Positions 40,401 through 49,890 of a DNA stretch of 64,000 nt are shown here, one piece after another. The DNA is from Octopus bimaculoides (lineage: Eukaryota). The notes beneath the pieces were generated by a model. The model was not told the origin of the DNA, did no database searches, and saw nothing but the letters and a program-made list of their open reading frames with translations. How positions within the stretch are numbered: position 1 is the stretch's first letter; the number at the start of each line of letters is the position of its first letter. Location of the stretch: contig NC_069008.1 in the NCBI RefSeq assembly GCF_001194135.2, positions 17,124,829 through 17,188,828 on the forward strand, written 5' to 3'. A program made the position numbers and the translations under genes.

Positions 40401-40983
40401 TCCACATGAGACCACCACTCCTGGTATTAATATAGTAATTTCCTCAGCCATTTACACAGGCTGTTCCAGTGATCTGATGAACTAGAACCCTCGTCATCAT
40501 AAACTGACAGCGTACCAGTTATACATACAGTTACCACCCATGACAGGCAGCAAGGGTATCCCAGGGGTGGATATTACAGCACCCCAGGGTAGACAACAGA
40601 CAAAACCAAAGCACAGAGACAGACTAAATAGAGCACCAGATGAACAGAGAATAAAGCAACCTTTCTGGTAGACAGTGACCTCATTAGAGGTTTTGTTATT
40701 TGGCTAAAAATAGAAATTAACTTAGAAAAGGGTGGGAACAGGGTGGAGAGGGAGAAACTGTCAACTTACAAGCTGGGGTAGTAACAGACGATGCTTTCTG
40801 TTGTATCATTTGACGGGCTTTTGCAGCTTTGATACGTTGGACTGCTTTCTCGTAGTCATCCAGGGCCCGACGGGAAGCCTCGATTTGCCACGGAGACAAA
40901 TCGTCCTCTTCACATTCCATCATGAGCTCCAGGGAGCTCTGGTTCGATCGCCGAAGCGAGTATGGTCCTTTTATCTTCGCCAT
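1..40983 (-). CDS. POGZ: Spliced gene model: POGZ/ZNF280-family zinc-finger protein, at least ~1930 aa, 3' end outside window; link between the zinc-finger half and the C-terminal half is inferred
   Basis: Hand-assembled exons with canonical GT/AG and compatible phases: 40770-40983, 39344-39453, 38734-38863, 38032-38334, 37197-37285, 36499-36669, 36196-36375, 35488-35719, 34721-34931, [gap exon], 32877-32972, 6869-7038, 5985-6111, 4018-4949, 1-2824. The family call comes from recalled similarity to human POGZ/ZNF280 motifs (MECEEEELEPWQ, DFYYG, CQHCYRQFSTPF, EMPYVCQVCQYRSS, AYANHM). Orthology to POGZ versus ZNF280 or fly row is not resolved. Confidence 0.8.
3140..3512 (-). mobile_element. tRNA-derived SINE, family A, near full length
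   Basis: Reverse-complement head ggagtggctgtgtggtaagtagcttgc..ggttccgggttcagtccc (A/B-box-like), internal CA/TA microsatellite, 3' part ..gctccagcatggcc. Related copies at ~8140, 14410, 22280, 24690, 28150, 28770, 39070, 44025, 44580, 47850, 48300, 49000, 51200, 51720, 54615, 58590, 58985, 59720, 61215, 63628. Confidence 0.85.
4018..4949 (-). CDS. Coding exon (932 nt): ~180 aa helical globular segment, then S/G/T linker, poly-Glu tract and acidic tail ending EKKRPE
   Basis: cttttgaatag| acceptor, GAG|gtaagt donor, phase 1 to 0. Extends ORF 3958..4833 upstream by 38 codons (EWTAEEWEKLQKDCATYGFWFAITDYIYSCEDYTFVKI). Confidence 0.9.
5985..6111 (-). CDS. Coding exon: TPTEAAAESDVDAEFSNWRKVCCEEFELEAENIEKLINRDIA
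   Basis: cccttgcag| acceptor, G|gtgagc donor, 127 nt, phase 0 to 1. Confidence 0.85.
6310..6723. repeat. Long imperfect inverted repeat (foldback/MITE-like), ~200 bp arms with ~9 nt loop
   Basis: Arms pair throughout: aaattaaaatccagaaaatggag with ctccattttctggattttcattt; ttcaattttgctcaaagaattaaattcc with ggaatttaattctttgggcaaaattgaa; atgttattcttccaaaacatctc with gagatgttttggaagaataacat. Confidence 0.95.
6869..7038 (-). CDS. Coding exon: AAPAKSIDSDTKPSTQKLEEDSNSSAATNESAGPKDSDQSQNAQKQEVPKDTLSTQ (disordered)
   Basis: ctgtctttccag| acceptor, CAG|gtatgt donor, 170 nt, phase 1 to 0. The coding frame differs from the ORF-track frame. Confidence 0.8.
7552..7818. mobile_element. hAT-type MITE, 267 bp
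   Basis: Perfect 12-bp TIR cagggctgtgga/tccacagccctg, exact 8-bp TSD aatctaga (7544-7551 and 7819-7826), internal ggagtc subterminal repeats. Confidence 0.95.
7820..8090. mobile_element. Fragment of a second MITE family (ggacccc-rich, hAT/Charlie-like)
   Basis: Internal sequence shared with 3041-3125, 3545-3610 and 32205-32430. Related hAT-type ends at 11020 (cagtggttcccaaac), 42995 (cagtggtgggcaaac) and 56293/56852. Confidence 0.55.
8463..8618 (+). pseudogene. Tc1/mariner-superfamily transposase C-terminal remnant
   Basis: Translates NTQQLKEAVSAAFATITKAQLRKISQRTW-CHENDGAHTDLLD, resembling the post-catalytic C-terminus of Tc1/mariner transposases (recall). Short, with an apparent internal deletion. 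Confidence 0.55.
16151..16495 (+). mobile_element. tRNA-derived SINE with conserved central ttgagcaagacacttta box
   Basis: A box tggctcagtgg 16157-16167 and B box gagttcgattcc 16200-16211. The same head and box occur, with a different body, on the minus strand at 3700-3965 and 20140-20420. Confidence 0.75.
16495..17150. repeat. Degenerate tandem array (~6 units of ~100 bp) of the same family as 57843-58180
   Basis: Recurrent gtg.gat.tgaggga.atttg.ctg.tattt.ta..aagtctagcta..atgtagagg motif. Confidence 0.8.
20430..20870. repeat. Degenerate purine-rich minisatellite (~30-40 bp period)
   Basis: Recurrent acaattaat..g and aggaca motifs; also at 20035-20110. Confidence 0.7.
21270..21650 (+). pseudogene. 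RTE-clade LINE, decayed C-terminal part of reverse-transcriptase ORF
   Basis: Translation with stops and one frameshift: ARLFNSTILSALL*..KHKFCWARHVTRFTDKRWTCAVAE*YPRDQNRPLGRP..WKDD, the typical RTE pattern LFxxxILPxLLY..WAGHVxR..RW...WxP..xRxxGRP..W. Confidence 0.85.
21742..22057. mobile_element. pogo/Tigger-type MITE
   Basis: TA-flanked with degenerate TIRs: cagtgaaaccttggtttacaaat at the left end versus reverse complement tagtgatgaacttcagttttcaaat at the right end. Confidence 0.6.
23901..24428 (+). mobile_element. Helitron/Helentron-like non-autonomous element (HINE-like)
   Basis: 5' caagggcactcagagagcgcaaacctctgc, 3' hairpin atctctgcc-ttcgct-gaggcggagat, no TSD relative to the adjacent empty-site duplicate. 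Confidence 0.65.
32444..32668 (+). mobile_element. SINE family C (tRNA-like head; central cctttcatcc..ggggtc.ataaattaagtacc, resembling the Meta-domain by recall)
   Basis: B-box-like gagttcaaattc and short tandem tail (aagaaat)n. Other copies at 8735-8960, 9000-9220, 35000-35130, 41615-41880, 45630-45990, 54752-54978. Confidence 0.75.
32877..32972 (-). CDS. POGZ: Coding exon: (x)NHMVYCIKKTCYTQKPDVDWVEVDDVDEESN
   Basis: Polypyrimidine tract plus ctcctcag| acceptor, T|gtaagt donor, 96 nt, phase 1 to 1. xNHM matches the AYANHM end of the last POGZ finger. Phase requires one intervening exon after 34721. Confidence 0.7.
33482..34234. other. Assembly gap predicted to contain a coding exon
   Basis: Phase mismatch between exon 34721 (phase 2) and exon 32972 (phase 1), and the first half of the last finger is missing. 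Confidence 0.7.
34721..34931 (-). CDS. POGZ: Coding exon 9: linker plus atypical finger YKCIECKANMNTAGHF
   Basis: gtctctgcag| acceptor, CG|gtaagg donor, 211 nt, phase 1 to 2. CxxC..HF corresponds to the recalled CxEC..NHF segment of POGZ. Confidence 0.9.
35488..35719 (-). CDS. POGZ: Coding exon 8: fingers CLYCLKIF..HHLLKH and CPICKLTFFNSLEVKAHRKKDH
   Basis: catttcag| acceptor, G|gtgagt donor, 232 nt, phase 0 to 1. Confidence 0.95.
36196..36375 (-). CDS. POGZ: Coding exon 7: C2H2 fingers CRICEKDHDSRLALTNHMRQVH and EMPYICQMCNFRSSMYSDAVDHFKK
   Basis: gaccag| acceptor, AAG|gtaagt donor, 180 nt, phase 0 to 0. EMPYxCQxCxxRSS is characteristic of POGZ/ZNF280. Confidence 0.95.
36499..36669 (-). CDS. 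POGZ: Coding exon 6: C2H2 fingers CWYC..HMQGH and CKHCYKQFDTPFEMQTHIEK
   Basis: ttgcag| acceptor, AAG|gtaagc donor, 171 nt, phase 0 to 0. Close match to the recalled POGZ finger sequence. Confidence 0.95.
37197..37285 (-). CDS. POGZ: Coding exon 5: (G)NWVPLDEYYYGKMEGDPNYWEEKGEHRFK
   Basis: ctttcag| acceptor, AAG|gtaagc donor, 89 nt, phase 1 to 0. DEYYYG matches the DFYYG motif that precedes the finger cluster in POGZ/ZNF280. Confidence 0.9.
37383..37558. mobile_element. piggyBac-type MITE
   Basis: TTAA on both sides (37379-82 and 37559-62) and TIR cccttagtatt versus aatgctaaaggg. Related copies at 12650-12820, 13900-14120, 28660-28770, 37666-37840, 51530-51656, 61720-61908. Confidence 0.8.
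38032..38334 (-). CDS. POGZ: Coding exon 4: low-complexity S/N/T-rich segment containing candidate NLS SPPKKKVQRK
   Basis: tctctcccacag| acceptor, G|gtcagt donor, 303 nt, phase 1 to 1. In frame with ORF 37868..38275. Confidence 0.85.
38734..38863 (-). CDS. POGZ: Coding exon 3: SQLHANQLQRSSLSNSMLTANTLNKNLAGNMSLGKVQGQMRKP
   Basis: ttttcctccag| acceptor, G|gtaagt donor, 130 nt, phase 0 to 1, open frame. Not listed in the ORF track in this frame. Confidence 0.85.
39344..39453 (-). CDS. POGZ: Coding exon 2: (S)LPRSKSPDVIIVGETPATRIPNQVQQSRMGSTQLLK
   Basis: ctttcag| acceptor, AAG|gtaagt donor, 110 nt, phase 1 to 0, fits both neighbours. DVIIVGE resembles the hydrophobic-acidic motif near the N-terminus of ZNF280 proteins. 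Confidence 0.85.
40770..40983 (-). CDS. POGZ: First coding exon: MAKIKGPYSLRRSNQSSLELMMECEEDDLSPWQIEASRRALDDYEKAVQRIKAAKARQMIQQKASSVTTPA
   Basis: Acceptor tcttcctcag|ATAATGG (exon starts 40986; A at -3, G at +4). Donor T|gtaagt, phase 1. MECEEDDLSPWQ matches the N-terminal motif of POGZ/ZNF280. Confidence 0.9.
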
Positions 40984-41265
40984 TATCTGAGGAAGAGAAA
41001 AGAAAAGCAAAAAAAAAAAAAAAAAAAAAANNNNNNNNNNNNNNNNNNNNNNNNNNNNNNNNNNNNNNNNNNNNNNNNNNNNNNNNNNNNNNNNNNNNNN
41101 NNNNNNNNNNNNNNNNNNNNNNNNNNNNNNNNNNNNNNNNAAGTCTGCAAAAGAATACAGTGTCTTCACTGCTGCACGGGGGGGGGGGCATGCCCTTGCT
41201 CCCCAATGAGTGAAAACCATAGTTGTGGCCCTTGCCAGTGTCATGCAAAAAGTTTTCATTTTAAT

Positions 41266-41301
<36 letters not shown>

Positions 41302-41717
41302 GGCTGGATGCCCTTCCTAACACAAACCAATCCGAGAGTGTAAACACCCACTACACTCTCAGAGTGGTTGGCATTAGGAAGGACATCCAGCTGTAGAAAC
41401 CATGCCAAATCAGATTAGAATCTGATGCAGGCCCCCAGTTTACTGGCCCTGGTCAAACCGTCCAACCCATGCCAGCATGAACAATGGACGCTAAATAATG
41501 ATGATGATGCTATATGTGTGTGTGTGTGTGTTCCTTTNNNNNNNNNNCATGCCAGCATGAACAATGGACGCTAAATAATGATGATGATGCTATATGTGTG
41601 TGTGTGTGTGTTCCTTTCATCCTTTCGGGGTCAATAAATTAAGTACCAGTTGCGTAGTCAATGTAATCGACTGACCCTTCCCCCAAAATTTCAGGCCTTG
41701 TGCCTATAGTAGAAAGG

Positions 41718-41777
<60 letters not shown>

Positions 41778-44700
41778 GGTGGCGAGCTGGCAGAATCGTT
41801 AGCATGCTGGGCAAAATGTTTAGTGGTATCACGTCTGTCCCTACATTCTGAGTTCAAATTGCACCAAGGTCGACTATTTCCCCTGTCTTAGTGTTCTAAA
41901 TTGAAGCTGGTGCCCCAGCTTGGTCAGAGTCAAATGATTGGGACACGTAAAAGAAATAAAAGAAAAAAAATAGGCAAAACAGATTTTCTTTNNNNNNNNN
42001 NNNNNNNNNNNNNNNNNNNNNNNNNNNNNNNNNNNNNNNNNNNNNNNNNNNNNNNNNNNNNNNNNNNNNNNNNNNNNNNNNNNNNNNNNNNNNNNNNNNN
42101 NNNNNNNNNNNNNNNNNNNNNNNNNNNNNNNNNNNNNNNNNNNNNNNNNNNNNNNNNNNNNNNNNNNNNNNNNNNNNNNNNNNNNNNNNNNNNNNNNNNN
42201 NNNNNNNNNNNNNNNNNNNNNNNNNNNNNNNNNNNNNNNNNNNNNNNNNNNNNNNNNNNNNNNNNNNNNNNNNNNNNNNNNNNNNNNNNNNNNNNNNNNN
42301 NNNNNNNNNNNNNNNNNNNNNNNNNNNNNNNNNNNNNNNNNNNNNNNNNNNNNNNNNNNNNNNNNNNNNNNNNNNNNNNNNNNNNNNNNNNNNNNNNNNN
42401 NNNNNNNNNNNNNNNNNNNNNNNNNNNNNNNNNNNNNNNNNNNNNNNNNNNNNNNNNNNNNNNNNNNNNNNNNNNNNNNNNNNNNNNNNNNNNNNNNNNN
42501 NNNNNNNNNNNNNNNNNNNNNNNNNNNNNNNNNNNNNNNNNNNNNNNNNNNNNNNNNNNNNNNNNNNNNNNNNNNNNNNNNNNNNNNNNNNNNNNNNNNN
42601 NNNNNNNNNNNNNNNNNNNNNNNNNNNNNNNNNNNNNNNNNNNNNNNNNNNNNNNNNNNNNNNNNNNNNNNNNNNNNNNNNNNNNNNAGAGAGAGAGAGA
42701 GAAAGACTGTGAGTGACACAGCATGAGGTGGTGACGTTGGTGTTGGTAGTGGTGGTGGTGGTAGTAGTAGTAGTAATTTGACCCCACAAGGTCAGCCTTG
42801 ACTGAGCAGATAGGAAACCTATCATCAAAGAAGGAGGGCACTCCAGGCACGACCATCCTGTCTCTTTTGTCGACACGCTGCGGGACCCCCCCCCCCGGAC
42901 AACATTTATCTGGTGTGACCGTCTCAAAGGCGGCAGGGTGTCATTCGAGAGAGATTTGGCTGCTACTTCATGCAGACCGTCTGAACATACAGAGCAGTGG
43001 TGGGCAAACTGCGGCCCGAGTCGCATCTCATGCGGCCAGCTTATGGTGAAAGTCTGTCCAAATCTGCTATAAAGGATTCCTCACTGGCATCCCCTCATCT
43101 CCCTATGGCCGTAATAGTGAGTGGTAGGGGGGATGGGGGTGATGGTGGTGGTNNNNNNNNNNNNNNNNNNNNNNNNNNNNNNNNNNNNNNNNNNNNNNNN
43201 NNNNNNNNNNNNNNNNNNNNNNNNNNNNNNNNNNNNNNNNNNNNNNNNNNNNNNNNNNNNNNNNNNNNNNNNNNNNNNNNNNNNNNNNNNNNNNNNNNNN
43301 NNNNNNNNNNNNNNNNNNNNNNNNNNNNNNNNNNNNNNNNNNNNNNNNNNNNNNNNNNNNNNNNNNNNNNNNNNNNNNNNNNNNNNNNNNNNNNNNNNNN
43401 NNNNNNNNNNNNNNNNNNNNNNNNNNNNNNNNNNNNNNNNNNNNNNNNNNNNNNNNNNNNNNNNNNNNNNNNNNNNNNNNNNNNNNNNNNNNNNNNNNNN
43501 NNNNNNNNNNNNNNNNNNNNNNNNNNNNNNNNNNNNNNNNNNNNNNNNNNNNNNNNNNNNNNNNNNNNNNNNNNNNNNNNNNNNNNNNNNNNNNNNNNNN
43601 NNNNNNNNNNNNNNNNNNNNNNNNNNNNNNNNNNNNNNNNNNNNNNNNNNNNNNNNNNNNNNNNNNNNNNNNNNNNNNNNNNNNNNNNNNNNNNNNNNNN
43701 NNNNNNNNNNNNNNNNNNNNNNNNNNNNNNNNNNNNNNNNNNNNATGGTCCAAGTTCCATTTTTTAATTGTCTTTGTAAACTTGGAGGCGAAATAAAATA
43801 AAAAGGAAAATAAAAAAATAAAAGAAAATAATAAATAAAAAGAAACAAAGAAAAAATAATAAATAAATGAAAAAAAAAATGTTTTTCTTTTTTTTCAACT
43901 GCTACAAGGACGACAAATGGTGGAACTTCACAGAGACGGAATAGGGAACGGGAAGAGGAAGGGAACACAGAAATCGGAGAAGCATGGAAAAAGGAAAGCA
44001 AAAAAAAACAACCAAAAACAAACGGTAGACTGTGGCCATGCTGGGGCACCACCTTGAAGAATTTTAGTCCAATGAATTGACACCAGCACTTTTTAAAAAA
44101 AAACAAAAAAAACCCTAGTACATATATACAGGTATCTTTCGATGAACTGCTAAGTTATGGGGACATAAACACGCCAACAGCGGTTTTCAGGCAATGATGG
44201 GAGACAAACACAGACACACATATATATAAATAGATAGATATAATGATCTTCTTTCAGTTTCCATCTACCAAATCTACTCGCAAGGCTTTTGATTGGCCTG
44301 AGGCTATAATAAAAGACATTAGTCCAAGGTGCCACGCAGTGGGACTGAACCTGGAATCTTCTGGGTGCAAACCAAACCTCTTATTCACAAATATATAGTG
44401 AGCATTAAACAAGGAACTCCACAGGTTTAAGATTTAGCCCAGGGGCTTCAAGAAGGGCACAAAGCGGAAGGAACACAGTGAATCATACAGAGGTCAAATG
44501 CTAAAGACAGAGGTCAAACGCTAAGGATAGGGAATCATACAGGAAAGGGTGTGACAAAGACTCCTCTCACATTGCACACATGTGGCTGTGTGGTAAGAGG
44601 CTTGCTTCCCAACCACATAGCTCCAGGTTCTGTCCCGCTGAATGGCACCTTGGGCAAGTGTCTACGACAGCTTCAGGCCAGCCAAAGTTTTGCGAGTGGA

Positions 44701-45708
44701 TTTGGTGGACAGAAACTGAAAGAAGCCCATCGTGTGTGTGTGTGTGTGTGTGTGTGTGCATTTGTCCACCGCTACTTTTTGAAAACCACTGTTGGTTTGT
44801 TTACACCCCCATAACTTAGCAGTTTGGCAAAAGAGACGAATAGAATAACTACCTGGCTTGAAAANNNNNNNNNNNNNNNNNNNNNNNNNNNNNNNNNNNN
44901 NNNNNNNNNNNNNNNNNNNNNNNNNNNNNNNNNNNNNNNNNNNNNNNNNNNNNNNNNNNNNNNNNNNNNNNNNNNNNNNNNNNNNNNNNNNNNNNNNNNN
45001 NNNNNNNNNNNNNNNNNNNNNNNNNNNNNNNNNNNNNNNNNNNNNNNNNNNNNNNNNNNNNNNNNNNNNNNNNNNNNNNNNNNNNNNNNNNNNNNNNNNN
45101 NNNNNNNNNNNNNNNNNNNNNNNNNNNNNNNNNNNNNNNNNNNNNNNNNNNNNNNNNNNNNNNNNNNNNNNNNNNNNNNNNNNNNNNNNNNNNNNNNNNN
45201 NNNNNNNNNNNNNNNNNNNNNNNNNNNNNNNNNNNNNNNNNNNNNNNNNNNNNNNNNNNNNNNNNNNNNNNNNNNNNNNNNNNNNNNNNNNNNNNNNNNN
45301 NNNNNNNNNNNNNNNNNNNNNNNNNNNNNNNNNNNNNNNNNNNNNNNNNNNNNNNNNNNNNNNNNNNNNNNNNNNNNNNNNNNNNNNNNNNNNNNNNNNN
45401 NNNNNNNNNNNNNNNNNNNNNNNNNNNNNNNNNNNNNNNNNNNNNNNNNNNNNNNNNNNNNNNNNNNNNNNNNNNNNNNNNNNNNNNNNNNNNNNNNNNN
45501 NNNNNNNNNNNNNNNNNNNNNNNNNNNNNNNNNNNNNNNNNNNNNNNNNNNNNNNNNNNNNNNNNNNNNNNNNNNNNNNNNNNNNNNNNNNNNNNNNNNN
45601 NNNNNNNNNNNNNNNNNNNNNNNNNGCAGGATCTGGACACCATACCCAAGGAAATGCCACCAACCATTTTACCTGGTATGCTAACAATTCAGCCAGCTCA
45701 CTAACTGG

Positions 45709-45747
<39 letters not shown>

Positions 45748-46974
45748 TCTTTCTAGTAAAGGCACAAGGCCTGAAATTTTGGGAGATGGGGATTAATTAA
45801 TTACATTGACCCCAGTACTTGACAGGTATCTTAATTTTATCGACTCCCGAAAGGATGAAAGGCAAAGTCGATATCAGCAGAATTTGAACTCAGATCGGAA
45901 AGGCTGACGAAATACCGCTCAGCATTTCGCCCAGCGTGCTCATGATTCTGCCACCTTAATAATAATAATAATAATGATAATGTTTCTGCTGCAGAGGGAG
46001 GGCCTGAGATTCCACACAGGCATGTATGTGCAAACACACAAAAAAACAAAAAAAAACAAATACATGGCAATACATAAACACACAAACAAAGTAAATACAT
46101 ACACATTCGCACATATACAGAAAGATGGTCAAACACAAGCATAGAGACACACAGAGAGAAAGAGGCACATACACACANNNNNNNNNNNNNNNNNNNNNNN
46201 NNNNNNNNNNNNNNNNNNNNNNNNNNNNNNNNNNNNNNNNNNNNNNNNNNNNNNNNNNNNNNNNNNNNNNNNNNNNNNNNNNNNNNNNNNNNNNNNNNNN
46301 NNNNNNNNNNNNNNNNNNNNNNNNNNNNNNNNNNNNNNNNNNNNNNNNNNNNNNNNNNNNNNNNNNNNNNNNNNNNNNNNNNNNNNNNNNNNNNNNNNNN
46401 NNNNNNNNNNNNNNNNNNNNNNNNNNNNNNNNNNNNNNNNNNNNNNNNNNNNNNNNNNNNNNNNNNNNNNNNNNNNNNNNNNNNNNNNNNNNNNNNNNNN
46501 NNNNNNNNNNNNNNNNNNNNNNNNNNNNNNNNNNNNNNNNNNNNNNNNNNNNNNNNNNNNNNNNNNNNNNNNNNNNNNNNNNNNNNNNNNNNNNNNNNNN
46601 NNNNNNNNNNNNNNNNNNNNNNNNNNNNNNNNNNNNNNNNNNNNNNNNNNNNNNNNNNNNNNNNNNNNNNNNNNNNNNNNNNNNNNNNNNNNNNNNNNNN
46701 NNNNNNNNNNNNNNNNNNNNNNNNNNNNNNNNNNNNNNNNNNNNNNNNNNNNNNNNNNNNNNNNNNNNNNNNNNNNNNNNNNNNNNNNNNNNNNNNNNNN
46801 NNNNNNNNNNNNNNNNNNNNNNNNNNNNNNNNNNNNNNNNNNNNNNNNNNNNNNNNNNNNNNNNNNNNNNNNNNNNNNNNNNNNNNNNNNNNNNNNNNNN
46901 NNNNNNNNNNNNNNNNNNNNNNNNNNNNNNNNNNNNNNNNNNNNNNNNNNNNGAAATGAAGTGGAATTCAACAA

Positions 46975-47018
<44 letters not shown>

Positions 47019-47101
47019 CTGTGTGTGTGTGTGGTTGTGTCTGCTGCAACTGCTGCAGTGAGTCAGAGAGAGAAGTCTGAGCTGAGCTGACAGCTGGAAT
47101 G

Positions 47102-47149
<48 letters not shown>

Positions 47150-48689
47150 GAGAGTAGCAAGAGAGGAGGCGAGGGTAGAGAAGGGCAGGCAAAACACAGA
47201 CAGCTGCAGTGTAGGAGAGAGAGAGAGAGAGAGAGAGGTGTGGGAGGAGGAGACGGCAAGAGAAAAAGTAAGGGGGAGAGAGAGGAAGAGGGATAAGGCA
47301 AGTAGGGGCTGCAGTGTAAAAGAGGAAGTCCCTTCTTGAAAGGGAACCAGATTTGTCAAAAAGCACTCAAAGAGATGGGAACTGGGGAATTTTAATACAA
47401 AATGGAGTTGATTGATAGACAAAACCAGAGAAAGACAAAGAGATAGAGAGAGAGACAGAGATAGAGAGACAAAGAGATAGAGAGAGAGACAGAGATAGTA
47501 GTGCAACCTTGGCACACAACTATTCAAAATAGCAGAATATGAAACAGTTGAAAGCTTTTTAACAATCACACATAAATGTGTGTATGTGTGTATATATACA
47601 CACACACATATATATATATACACACACACACATATATATACACATATATTCACACACACACATATACACATATACACACAAATATATATACACACAAATA
47701 TATATATACACACAAATATATATACATACATATATACACAAATATATACACATACATATATACACAAATATATACACACATACATACACATAAATACCTA
47801 TACATACATTTACATATATATATATATTCTTTTATTCTTTTACTTGTTTCCGTCATTTCACTGCGGCCATGCTGGAGCACCGCCTTAAAGGGTTTTTAAT
47901 CAAACAAATCAACCCCACGACTTATTCTTTGTAAGTCTAGTACTTGTTCTATCAGTCTCTTTTGCCAAACCGCTAAGTTACAGAGACATAAACACACCAA
48001 CATCGGTTGTCAAGTGATGGCAGGAAGACCAATACATACACATGGATGGATAGATAGATAGATAGACAGACAGATAGAGATAGACAGACAGACAGATAGA
48101 ACAGTCACCACTACTACATGGACCTGAAGATTGCATAGTTTAATGCATGAAAGTACTAGTTCAATCAGAATGGACATTTAATGTTCTATCATTTCATTAT
48201 CTTATCTTATATTATTATAAGATTATAAATATAATGTGAAAATCAAAGTTGGAATTTCTTTGTGTGACAGACAGACAGACAGACAGATATTACACACAGC
48301 ACAGGCTTCTTTCAGTTTCTGTCTACCAAATCCATTCACAAGGCTTTGGTCAACTTGAGGCTATAGTAGAAGACACTTGCCCAAGGTACCACGCAATGGG
48401 ATTGAACCTGGAACCATGAGGTCGGGAAGCAAGCTTCTTACCACACAGTCACACCCGCGCGTACACATATACATACATATATATAAGTATATGTGTATGT
48501 GTGTTGTTGACAGCATAAGAATTTCATAAATGAGAGAGAGAGAACAGGGTTGATGAAATAAAGTACCAGTTGAGCCCAGGGCGTCCCTTCCCCCTCAAAC
48601 ATTTCAGGCCTTACGCCTGCAAGAGAAAGAATTATTCATAGCTTTATATGTATGTTTCGAAGAACCACTATTCCAAAAAAAGAAAAAAA

Positions 48690-48830
48690 AGAAACCTCTC
48701 TGCTGTCCGTTTCCTTCCAGTCTTTAAGATCCTGTCTCCCAGTTTTTTGGGCTCCGTCTTTACCTCGTCATTCCACAACGGTGTCACTTTTGGTCAGTCT
48801 GGGACCTGGCACCAGTCATACGTTTTTATC
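48690..48830 (-). pseudogene. RTE-type LINE fragment (endonuclease-RT linker)
   Basis: Minus strand gives WCQVPD*PKVTPLWNDEVK, then after a frameshift KDWKETDSRE, like the WWNxEV..WKxWK motif of RTE ORFs (recall). Confidence 0.55.
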
Positions 48831-49379
48831 AGTACCCATCCTTCCAACCATTGTCACCACCCACTCACTATTCCCTGGAGGGTCGTGAGGCTAGAGCCAT
48901 CAGCCACCATCCCCCCAGGGTGCCATCAGGAGCAACAGCCATTAAAATTTCCTGCTGGACTCCCAAACACGACTGACTGAGATTATGGATAGCATTCAAC
49001 CATCCCTTCCCAAATGAATGGTTCTGGGTTCAGTCCCACTGCATGGCACCTTGGGCAAATGTTTTCTTATATAGTTTTGAACTGACCAAAGTATTGCGAG
49101 TGGATTTGGTAAACGGAAACTGAAAGAAGCCCACTGTGTGTGCATGTGTGTGATGTATCTGAGTGTGATTTGAACTTAGAACACATATTTGGAACAAAAA
49201 CCAGAAAGAATTTCACCCAACACAGAAATGGCTTTGCCATTTCAACACATTTTGAATTTGTTTCTCAATGCTTGTATGCATCAGAGAGAGTTTCGTGAGG
49301 TAGATTTTTCAAAAGCCAGATAGCCTTCTTGTTGCCAGCCACCCCATTTCCAAGCAAGCTATTATTTACCAGCCCACCT

Positions 49380-49890
49380 GAGACCACCACTTCCTGTTTT
49401 AAAATTATCTAAGTTAAACCCTTCCATCAAAATTCCATGTCAATTTATATTCCAAACACCAGATTAATAATCCCAAAGTTATTCTACAAAATTCTTCATT
49501 ATTTTGAAAATTACCACATTCTAACATGTATAAGGAACCCTTTTTTGTTAAAAATTAGGTTTTAAAAATATGGGAGATTTTTATACATGGATAGTATTAT
49601 AATCCTTTATAAACCCCTTTTTCCAAATATTAAACCCCAAAAATTAGGGGGTTCCTTATGCACATTAAAATACGGTAATTGAAACAAAGGCAGTGGATTT
49701 CAAGAGAAATAGGGTAACAAAAGGGTTAAAGTGATCTAAATTAAAAACCCTTCCTTCAAAATTAAATTTATGTTCCAGACACCAGATTAATTTATGACAA
49801 AGTTATTCTAGTAAATTCTTTGTTATTTTCAAAATTAATTGAAACAAAGGCAGTGGATTTTAACAGAAAAAAGGTAATGAAACGTTTAAA
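49380..49890. mobile_element. Tandemly arranged fragments of an AT-rich MITE family ending aaatatggtaacaaaagggttaa
   Basis: The same sequence recurs at 39700-39840, 40150-40345 and 55030-55350. The aaagggttaa end suggests piggyBac-type termini. Confidence 0.6.

Noticed and set aside
41468-41617. 70-bp direct repeat on both sides of a 10-N gap
   Set aside because: Identical contig-end overlap (41468-41537 and 41548-41617); most likely an assembly artefact. A smaller case flanks the 63434-63503 gap.
14921-47301. Long ORFs made mostly of X
   Set aside because: Artefacts of translating N gaps.
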